A stretch of DNA of 15,272 bases from Candidatus Eiseniibacteriota bacterium (GTDB lineage Bacteria > Eisenbacteria > RBG-16-71-46): positions 1 through 15,272 of the forward strand of contig JANLOX010000115.1 in assembly GCA_031366795.1 (NCBI GenBank), in the 5' to 3' direction. A program made the position numbers and the translations under genes. Shown piece by piece: positions 7,265-14,131 of this stretch (positions are counted from its first letter, which is position 1; each line of letters begins with the position of its first letter). Below the pieces are notes generated by a model, which was not told where the DNA came from, did no database searches, and saw nothing but the letters and a program-made list of their open reading frames with translations.

Positions 7265-9222
7265 CCCCCGGCCGCTACCAGATCGGCCAGCGCCTGAGGC
7301 ATCCCCAGTTCGGGGAGGGGCTGGTCGTCGAGGTGCACAACGCGCGCGGCCGCGAGGTGCTCGAGGTGGTGTTCGACGGCGAGTTGCGCCGGCTGGCGGC
7401 GACGCGTGACTGGGTGATTCTCGAGCCCGATGCCCCCGGCGTGCGCGCCCGGGATTCGGACTCCGTGGAGTTCTCGCACAGCTCGGTGACCTCGACGCGC
7501 ACGTGGCATGCGCAGGGCAATGAGCTGCTCGAGCAATGGCAGGCGAACCAGCCCGCGAGTGCCACGACGTTCGACCTGCGCATGAACGCGGAGCGCTGGT
7601 CGGGCTGGGCCGGCACCGACCGCTTGATCTCGCTGGAGTCGCTGCGTGGCGTGGAGCGCTTCCCGCACCAGATTCGCGCCTGCCTCAAGGTAATGCGCGA
7701 CCTGAATGGCCGCGCGATCCTCGCGGACGAAGTGGGCCTCGGCAAGACCATCGAGGCCGGCATCGTGCTCAAGGAATACCTGCTGCGCGGCGCCGTACGC
7801 ACCATTCTCGTGCTCGTGCCGGCATCGCTGTGCGAGCAGTGGGCCGCGGAATTGTGGGAGAAGTTCGAGCTCGACTTTGTCGTCTCACGCGGGCCCGCGG
7901 GGCAGTGGGGCCGGCATCCGCTGGTGATCTCATCGCTCGAAACTGCGCGCCACGAACGCCACCGCCGCCGGGTGCGCGGCGCCAATTACGATCTGGTTGT
8001 GGTGGATGAGGCGCACCGGCTGCGCAACCACCTGACGCTGGGCTGGAAGTTCCTGAACGAACTGAATCCCCGCTACTTGCTGCTGCTCACCGCCACGCCG
8101 GTGCACAACGACATGCGCGAGCTCTACAATCTTGCCACCCTTGTGCGCCCCGGGACCGTCGGCACCTTTGCGCAGTTCCGCCGCGACTTCTTGAGTGGGC
8201 ACGACCGCCGCTCGCCGCGCAACACGCCGCGGCTGCGCGCGCTGCTCGAGAGCGTGATGATTCGCACGCGCCGCTCCGACACCAACCTCACCTTTGCGAC
8301 GCGCAAGGTCGAGACGCTGTGGGTGTCGCAGACGCCGCCCGAGCGCCGGCTCTACCAGCAAGTGAGCGAGTTCATCGCCGACTCGGTGCGCGCGGATGTC
8401 GGGCAGCCCGGGCGTCCGCACTACTTCACGCTGGTGGTGCTGCAGAAGGAGATGGGTTCCTCGTGGGCCGCGGCGCGCTCCACGCTGCACAAGCTGTCGC
8501 TGCATCCGGATGGCCTCGATCCCAAGCGGCTCAAGTTGCTGGCCGCGCGGGCGGGCGAGCTCAGCGCCAGCCCCAGCAAGGTGAAGACGTTGATGCGCGC
8601 GATCGCCTCGATGAAGGGGCAGAAGTGCATCGTGTTCACCCAGTTCCGCTCGACCCAGGACACCATCGTGCAGGCACTGCGCGATGAATGCATCACGCCG
8701 GCTATTTTCCACGGCGAGCTCAGCTGGCGCGAGAAGGAAGACGCGCTCGACCAGTTCCGCACAGGACTTCAGGTGCTGGTGTCGACCGAGGCCGGAAGCG
8801 AGGGACGCAACCTGCAGTTCTGCAGCATCGTGGTGAACTACGACCTGCCGTGGAACCCGATGCGCCTCGAACAACGCATTGGGCGCGTGCACCGGCTTGG
8901 CCAGCAGCACCCAGTGCGCGTCATCAACCTCGCGGCGCGCGGCACCATCGAGGCCTACGTGCTCGAGATCCTCGACCGCAAGATCAAGATGTTCGAGCTG
9001 GTGGTCGGTGAGATGGAGGAGATCCTCGGCACCTGGCAGGCGCACGGCTCGTTCGAAGACGAGGTGTTCAAGCGCTGGACCGAGACCACCAATCCGCGCG
9101 CGCGCCGGCGCCGCTTCGAGGAACTCGCGCAGCATCTGGTGGTCGCGCGGAAGCTGTACCAGAAACAGAAGGACCAGCAGGATTGGCTATTCCCGTCGGG
9201 CAAAGAGAAGGACGTGACGTGA
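7261..9222 (+). CDS. SNF2-family helicase/ATPase (YqhH-like) with an N-terminal UvrD/PcrA-type Tudor-like domain
   Basis: FPHQ, ILADEVGLGKTIEAG, LVPASL.EQW, DEAH, LTATP, VFTQF, STEAGSEGRNLQ, YDLPWNP, EQRIGRVHRLGQ. Start placed at GTG 7261, which gives a GTGA overlap with the nuclease stop; the ORF track starts it at 7255. Confidence 0.92.
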   Translation: MTPGRYQIGQRLRHPQFGEGLVVEVHNARGREVLEVVFDGELRRLAATRDWVILEPDAPGVRARDSDSVEFSHSSVTSTRTWHAQGNELLEQWQANQPASATTFDLRMNAERWSGWAGTDRLISLESLRGVERFPHQIRACLKVMRDLNGRAILADEVGLGKTIEAGIVLKEYLLRGAVRTILVLVPASLCEQWAAELWEKFELDFVVSRGPAGQWGRHPLVISSLETARHERHRRRVRGANYDLVVVDEAHRLRNHLTLGWKFLNELNPRYLLLLTATPVHNDMRELYNLATLVRPGTVGTFAQFRRDFLSGHDRRSPRNTPRLRALLESVMIRTRRSDTNLTFATRKVETLWVSQTPPERRLYQQVSEFIADSVRADVGQPGRPHYFTLVVLQKEMGSSWAAARSTLHKLSLHPDGLDPKRLKLLAARAGELSASPSKVKTLMRAIASMKGQKCIVFTQFRSTQDTIVQALRDECITPAIFHGELSWREKEDALDQFRTGLQVLVSTEAGSEGRNLQFCSIVVNYDLPWNPMRLEQRIGRVHRLGQQHPVRVINLAARGTIEAYVLEILDRKIKMFELVVGEMEEILGTWQAHGSFEDEVFKRWTETTNPRARRRRFEELAQHLVVARKLYQKQKDQQDWLFPSGKEKDVT

Positions 9223-10391
9223 CCGCCGCCCCGCGCGACAGCGCCGCGCGCAAGCCGGCGGCGCGCAAGCCCGCGGCGCGCAAGCCTGCCGCGCGCAAGC
9301 ACGCGCATGCCGCCGCGAACACCATCCCTGCGAACCCCGGGGCGGTGCTGGCGACCTTGCCCGAGGGCTGGCGCGAGTTCGTCGGTGGCTGGCTCGCCCA
9401 AGCCGGAAGCATCGTGCAGCCCGCCGCGCGCGGGGACTGGGAAGTCGAACTGTCCCCGGGCCTGCAGAAGCGCTGGAGGCGCCAACGCGTGCGGCTCGTG
9501 TTCGATCCGCAGCGGCCGACCCTGCCGCGTGGCGCGTGGTTCATGGCGCCGGGCAGCGGGGCAGGGCGCAAGCTGCTCGAGGCGGCCGTCGAGACGCCGG
9601 TGTTCACGCAGCTGACCGCACTCGCCCATGTGCCCGGCGCGCCCGAGTCGGGACTGGCGAGCGTGTGCCGCGTGAAGGGGCTGACGTGGGGGCCGGCGCG
9701 ACTGGGTCCTGTGCGCTACGAGCGGCGCGTCAGCGTGCATGCCGTGGTGACGCGTTGGGGCGGGCTGCCGTGGCAGGAACCGTGGACGGTGATGCTGGGT
9801 CCCACCGGCGAATTCCTCGAGTGGGACATCACGCCGGGCATGCCGGAGATCCGTTCACGCGAAGGGCTCTACCAGATGTACGACGAGCTGGCTTCGGCCG
9901 AGCGCGCCAAGTGGATGGAGCAGGCGCGCGCGCATCTCGAACGCCTGACGCAGGAGCGCGAGGCCGAGTGGGAGCAGTCGGTCGCGCGGCTGCGGGATGC
10001 GGAACTCGACCGGCTCGGCTCGTTCTTTTCCTCGCGCATCGAGGAAGAAGAGGAACGCATGCGCCGGCGCGTCTCGCATGCCGATGAAGCGGATGTGCAT
10101 GCCACGGGCGACATCAAATCGCTCAAACTCGAATGGGAGCGGCGCGCCGCCGAGGTCCGGCAGCGCTGGGCGCTGATGATCGAGGTGCGGCTGTGGGGAC
10201 TGGTGGAATGGTCGTGGCCCGTGGCGGATCTCGAGCAGGAAGTGCGCTCGGGGGCCATGCGCGTGCGGCTGGTTTCACGCGTGGACGTGGCGCGGGGCCG
10301 CCCGGCTGCGCCCCGCTGTCCGGCTTGCGGGGAGGTCGCTGAAATGCTGGTGCGTGTGCACGGACACATTGGCTGCACCCGCTGCGCTTGA
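9219..10391 (+). CDS. YqhG-like SNF2 partner protein with N-terminal AARKP repeats, a coiled coil and a C-terminal CxxC-x15-CxxC zinc finger
   Basis: GTG 9219 overlaps the SNF2 stop (GTGA), with AGAAGGA just upstream. The pattern 'F...L...G.......V.L...L...L.FD...GS...L' and 'RL..EL.RL..FF' recalls Bacillus YqhG, the neighbour of YqhH (from memory). E/R-rich coiled coil. Ends CPAC...CTRCA. Confidence 0.7.
   Translation: MTAAPRDSAARKPAARKPAARKPAARKHAHAAANTIPANPGAVLATLPEGWREFVGGWLAQAGSIVQPAARGDWEVELSPGLQKRWRRQRVRLVFDPQRPTLPRGAWFMAPGSGAGRKLLEAAVETPVFTQLTALAHVPGAPESGLASVCRVKGLTWGPARLGPVRYERRVSVHAVVTRWGGLPWQEPWTVMLGPTGEFLEWDITPGMPEIRSREGLYQMYDELASAERAKWMEQARAHLERLTQEREAEWEQSVARLRDAELDRLGSFFSSRIEEEEERMRRRVSHADEADVHATGDIKSLKLEWERRAAEVRQRWALMIEVRLWGLVEWSWPVADLEQEVRSGAMRVRLVSRVDVARGRPAAPRCPACGEVAEMLVRVHGHIGCTRCA
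9243..9302 (+). repeat. Four tandem 15-bp coding repeats (AARKP x3, AARKH)
   Basis: gccgcgcgcaagccg / gcggcgcgcaagccc / gcggcgcgcaagcct / gccgcgcgcaagcac. The first three copies differ only at synonymous third positions. Confidence 0.95.
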
Positions 10392-10416
10392 CCGCGGTCA
10401 GGGAGGACGTTAGCAT
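10388..10416 (+). promoter_or_regulatory. Putative sigma70 promoter for the TPR gene
   Basis: TTGACC (10388-10393), 17 nt spacer, TAGCAT (10411-10416). Overlaps the upstream stop codon and the perfect palindrome TGACCGCGGTCA (10389-10400). Confidence 0.65.
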
Positions 10417-10489
10417 CGCCGGCTTCGAACCCCTGTTGGGCAGGGTCCTTCATGGGACCCTTGACCCGTTTCAGCACCGGAGGAATGTC

Positions 10490-11149
10490 GTGAACGTGCA
10501 CCGATCCGAACACCTTACCGACCCGGGAGCGGACCTGATTGATTCCGCCCAGTCGCTCTGGAACCGATACGGGCGCATCGTCATGATCGCCGCCGGCGTC
10601 GTTGTCGTGGGAGGCGCCCTGGCATTCTTCACGCTCCAGTCGCGCAACCGTGCTGAAGCGCAGGCGAGCGAGAAACTCGCCGATGCGAATGCGCTGTTCT
10701 GGCAGGGCGACTACAAGCGCTCCGAGGACATGGCGAAGACCGTGGCGCAGCAGTGGCCGAGCGCCCCGAGCGGCATCGATGCGCACCGCCTCACGGGCGA
10801 CAACGCCTACTGGACGGGTGACTTCAAGACCGCGATCACCGAGTACAAGGCCTACCTCGCCAAGTCGAGCACGGGTGTGCTCGCCGACGGCGTGCGCCGC
10901 AGTCTTGCCTACTCGCTGGAGAGCGACAAGCGATACGCCGAAGCCGCGACGATGTACGCGCAGTTGGTCGGCAAGTTCGATCGCGAGTCGTCGGGTGAGT
11001 TCCTCGCCGCGGCCGCGCGTTGCCAGGCCGCAGCCAACGCGAAGCCGGAAGCCGTCAAGACGCTGCAGCGCCTGCTCGACGAGTTCGGCGAGACGAGCTT
11101 CGCCAACGCCGCGCGCATCGAAATCGCCGAGCTGTTGGCCGCCCGCTAG
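10490..11149 (+). CDS. Membrane-anchored tetratricopeptide-repeat protein (YfgM-like architecture)
   Basis: Start reassigned to GTG 10490 because of GGAGG at 10479-10483. One N-terminal TM helix (IVMIAAGVVVVGGALAFFTL), then TPR-like helices (GDYKRS, GDFKTAITEY, KRYAEAATMY, EAVKTLQRLLDEF). Confidence 0.8.
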   Translation: MNVHRSEHLTDPGADLIDSAQSLWNRYGRIVMIAAGVVVVGGALAFFTLQSRNRAEAQASEKLADANALFWQGDYKRSEDMAKTVAQQWPSAPSGIDAHRLTGDNAYWTGDFKTAITEYKAYLAKSSTGVLADGVRRSLAYSLESDKRYAEAATMYAQLVGKFDRESSGEFLAAAARCQAAANAKPEAVKTLQRLLDEFGETSFANAARIEIAELLAAR

Positions 11150-11157
11150 AGGGAAGC

Positions 11158-11188
11158 GGGTGCGTTCGCCTTAGGCGGGCGAGCACCC
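11158..11188 (+). other. Intergenic stem-loop between the TPR and GH57 genes
   Basis: GGGTGC-GTTCGCC-tta-GGCGGGC-ga-GCACCC. G-U pairs favour folding of the plus-strand RNA. No U-tract. Confidence 0.5.
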
Positions 11189-11198
11189 ACCTCAGTCC

Positions 11199-13331
11199 AT
11201 GAGCGAACGCGCCGTCGAGCTGGTGTTCATCTGGCATCACCATCAGCCCGACTACCGGCGGGCACAGGACCACTGTGCCATGTTGCCGTGGGTGCGCCTG
11301 CACTCGACGAAGGACTACCTCGAGATGGCGCTGCGGCTGGCGCGCTACCCGCGCGTCAAGGCCACTTTCAACTTCGTGCCCTCGCTGTTGGACCAGATCG
11401 ACGAGGCCGCAGCGGGTGCCCCCGACCTGTTGTTCGATGCGCTCGGCAAGCCGGTGTCCGCGCTGTCGAGTGAGGAGCGCGAAGGGCTGCTGCGGCGCTG
11501 CGTCCAGGCGCCGCGTCACGCGCAGGAGCGCTGGCCGGTCTACCGTCAATTGATAGACCGGGCGACGCGCTCCGCGCGCAGCCGCACGCCGCTTTCGGAT
11601 CGCGATCTCGTGCGCCTCGAATGCTTCCTGCTGCTGGCGTGGCTGGATCCGCTGCACTTCGACGAGCCCGAAGCCGCCTCCGCGATCGCCGCGATCCCCG
11701 AGCTCGACGAAGCGCATCGCGACGCGCTGCTGGCACTCTACCTGCGGCTGTGCGCGCGGGTGATACCGGCCTACCGCGAACGCGCCGAGGCGGGACAGGT
11801 CGAGCTGGCGATCTCGCCCTACTACCACCCGATCCTGCCGCTGCTGATCGACGGACGCGCCGCTCGCCGCGCGCGCCCGGACCTGGCGATGCCGCGCGAG
11901 AATTTCTCGGCTCCCGAAGACGCGAAGGTCCAGATCGAGCGCGCCCGCGTCCGCGCGTGCCAGGCGTTCGGCGCGGTCCCCGCCGGCATGTGGCCGCCCG
12001 AGGGCAGCGTCAGTCCCGAGGCTGCAGAGTTGCTGGCATCCTGTGGCGTGCGTTGGGTGGCGACCGACGAAGGTGTGTTGTGGAACTCGCTCGAGTCGGA
12101 CCAGCGGCGGCGCGAAGCGATTTACAAGCCGTGGATCTACTCGACCAAGGCCGGGGAGATCGCGCTGTTCTTCCGCGACCATGAACTCTCCGACCGCATC
12201 GGCTTCGTCTACCAGAACTGGCGACCCGAAGAAGCCGTCGCCGACTTCCTCGAGCGCGTGCGCAAGGCCGGCCGCGAGCATGGGGGAGACTCGCCCGCCA
12301 CCGTCAGCGTGATTCTCGACGGCGAGAACTGCTGGGAGTACTACCCCGACGATGGCGGTCCGTTCCTTGACGCGTTGTACAAAGCGCTGGAGGCAGCGCC
12401 CGACATCATTACGCGTACGCCCTCCGAGGTGCTGGCGAGCGGGCGCGCGCTTTCCCGTTTACCGCGACTCCATACGGGATCGTGGATCGACGCCGACTTC
12501 CATATCTGGATCGGGCACCCTGAAAAGAACCGTGCCTGGGAGCTCCTGACGCGCACGCGCCGCACGTTGGTCGAGCACGGGATCGCGCCCGAGACGGCAC
12601 CTGAGGCGTGGGAATCGATTTACGCTGCAGAAGGCTCGGACTGGTTCTGGTGGTTCGGCGATGATCACTTCACCGCCGACAAGGCATTGTTCGACCAGTT
12701 GTTCCGGCTGCACCTTCGCGCGGCCTATGAGCGCGCGGGACTGGCGGTGCCGGGTGCCCTCGAGGTGGCGATCACCTCGCCCAGCGCCCGCAAGCTGCCA
12801 GCCAGGACGCCGACGGCATTCTTGCGGCCCACCATTGATGGCAAGCGCACGGGGTTCTACGAGTGGCATGGGGCAGCGCACTACCCGCTGCGCCAGGGGG
12901 GTGGCGCCATGCACCAGGGGGCGGGACTCGCCTCGTCCCTGCGCGTGGGTTTTGACGCCGATCAGTTGTACCTGCGCATCGACTTCGCCAGCGGCAAGCC
13001 GCCCGGGCCTGAGTTCGGGCTGTGGTTCGAGCTCATCACGCCTGCCGGCGCGCGGTTCGCGTTGATGTCCCTCGAGGGCGGTCGCTATCCGCTCGTGTGG
13101 CTCGCGGGCGAGCACTCGGGCAAGACCGTCGAGGGTGCCAGGGCGAGTGTACTGTCGCTGGTCGAGCTCGCGATCCCCTTCGCGAGTCTCGGGCTCAAGA
13201 CCGGTGACGCCGTCGAATTGATCGGCCGCCTGATGAAGGGCACCGAGCCGCTCGAGACCCTGCCGGACGACGACATGATGCGTTTTAAAGTTCCCGATGC
13301 GGACTTCGACGCGCGGATGTGGAGCGCGTAA
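11199..13331 (+). CDS. Glycoside hydrolase family 57 (amylopullulanase-like) with a C-terminal beta-sandwich domain
   Basis: GH57 conserved regions: WHHHQP, ELAISPYYHPILPLL, GMWPPEGSV (nucleophile Glu), RDHELSDRIGF, LDGENCWEYY (acid/base Asp), AEGSDWFWW. C-terminal PTIDG...W...GFDADQLYLRID resembles a CBM9/DOMON-like domain. Confidence 0.92.
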   Translation: MSERAVELVFIWHHHQPDYRRAQDHCAMLPWVRLHSTKDYLEMALRLARYPRVKATFNFVPSLLDQIDEAAAGAPDLLFDALGKPVSALSSEEREGLLRRCVQAPRHAQERWPVYRQLIDRATRSARSRTPLSDRDLVRLECFLLLAWLDPLHFDEPEAASAIAAIPELDEAHRDALLALYLRLCARVIPAYRERAEAGQVELAISPYYHPILPLLIDGRAARRARPDLAMPRENFSAPEDAKVQIERARVRACQAFGAVPAGMWPPEGSVSPEAAELLASCGVRWVATDEGVLWNSLESDQRRREAIYKPWIYSTKAGEIALFFRDHELSDRIGFVYQNWRPEEAVADFLERVRKAGREHGGDSPATVSVILDGENCWEYYPDDGGPFLDALYKALEAAPDIITRTPSEVLASGRALSRLPRLHTGSWIDADFHIWIGHPEKNRAWELLTRTRRTLVEHGIAPETAPEAWESIYAAEGSDWFWWFGDDHFTADKALFDQLFRLHLRAAYERAGLAVPGALEVAITSPSARKLPARTPTAFLRPTIDGKRTGFYEWHGAAHYPLRQGGGAMHQGAGLASSLRVGFDADQLYLRIDFASGKPPGPEFGLWFELITPAGARFALMSLEGGRYPLVWLAGEHSGKTVEGARASVLSLVELAIPFASLGLKTGDAVELIGRLMKGTEPLETLPDDDMMRFKVPDADFDARMWSA

Positions 13332-13337
13332 GCAGCG

Positions 13338-13889
13338 ATGCCTGAACTCCCGGCCGTCGCACTCGACGATGTGATTGTCCTGCTCGAGCGCACCCCCGCG
13401 ACGCTGGATGCGCTGCTGCGGGGGTTGCCATCGGCCTGGACCGGGGCGCGGGAGGGAGGCGAAACCTTCAGTCCATTCGACATCGTCGGTCATCTGGTAC
13501 ACGGCGAGCAGACCGATTGGATTCCGCGCGCGAGGATCATCCGCGAACACGGCGTGTCGAAACCGTTTGAGCGCTACGACCGCTTCGCCCAACAGCGCGG
13601 CGTGGCGAGGCAATCCTTGGACGAGCGGCTGGACGAGTTCGCCCGTTGGCGCGCCGCCAATCTCGAAACGCTGCGTGGCTGGGCGCTCTCGCCCGCGGAC
13701 CTGGCGCTACGCGGGCAACACCCCGAGCTCGGCGAGGTCACGCTAGGCCAACTGCTCGTGACCTGGGCGGCGCACGATCTCACGCACCTCCACCAACTTG
13801 CCCGCGTCATGGCGCACCGGGTGCGGAACGACGTCGGGCCGTGGCAGCGCTACCTCGGTGTGCTGCACTGTGCGGGGCACGGGGAATAG
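13338..13889 (+). CDS. DinB/YfiT superfamily protein (DinB_2-like, putative metal-dependent thiol transferase/hydrolase)
   Basis: LERTP..L..LL, 'FSPFDIVGHL', 'GQHPELGEVTLGQLL.TWAAHDLTHLHQ', giving the His/His/His metal triad of this fold. Confidence 0.88.
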   Translation: MPELPAVALDDVIVLLERTPATLDALLRGLPSAWTGAREGGETFSPFDIVGHLVHGEQTDWIPRARIIREHGVSKPFERYDRFAQQRGVARQSLDERLDEFARWRAANLETLRGWALSPADLALRGQHPELGEVTLGQLLVTWAAHDLTHLHQLARVMAHRVRNDVGPWQRYLGVLHCAGHGE

Positions 13890-14048
13890 CCTCGGCGCGC
13901 AGTGAAGAAGCGTCCGCGCCCAAGTCCCTCGATTACATTCCAGCACGACTCCGGGTGCCCCGGAAGCCCTCCGACGTGCGGTGAGGTGCGGGCCGTAAGC
14001 ATATGGCCCAGCGCAACCTCCCAGAGCCAACGGAATATCCTGCGGTCA

Positions 14049-14064
14049 CGGCGTGGAAGTTGCG
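14049..14064 (+). promoter_or_regulatory. Putative sigma54 (-24/-12) promoter for the SYLF gene
   Basis: CGGCGTGGAAGTTGCG: GG (14050-14051), N10, GC (14062-14063), close to TGGCACG-N4-TTGC. About 70 nt upstream of the ATG. Confidence 0.5.
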
Positions 14065-14131
14065 CCGAGTGTGATTGTAGCCCACGCCGGATCATTCCAA
14101 GGCGACAGGGAAATCCACAGGGAGGTCAGTC

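Noticed and set aside
7261..9222. Calling the SNF2 gene rapA/hepA or a known defence helicase (DISARM DrmD, Zorya ZorD)
   Set aside because: It is much shorter than RapA and lacks its C-terminal region. No methylase, DrmA/B or ZorA/B partners are nearby. Motif spacing fits the YqhH-like group.
9243..9302. 15-bp repeats as a CRISPR array or non-coding repeat
   Set aside because: They have no spacers, are in frame, and vary mostly at synonymous positions, so this is a peptide repeat.
10388..10489. N-terminal extension of the TPR ORF from TTG 10388
   Set aside because: This segment holds a good promoter and the GGAGG SD for GTG 10490, so it is better read as promoter and leader.
13338..13889. 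DinB as DNA polymerase IV, which would extend the repair theme
   Set aside because: It is the unrelated small DinB/YfiT helical fold; the name overlap is coincidental.
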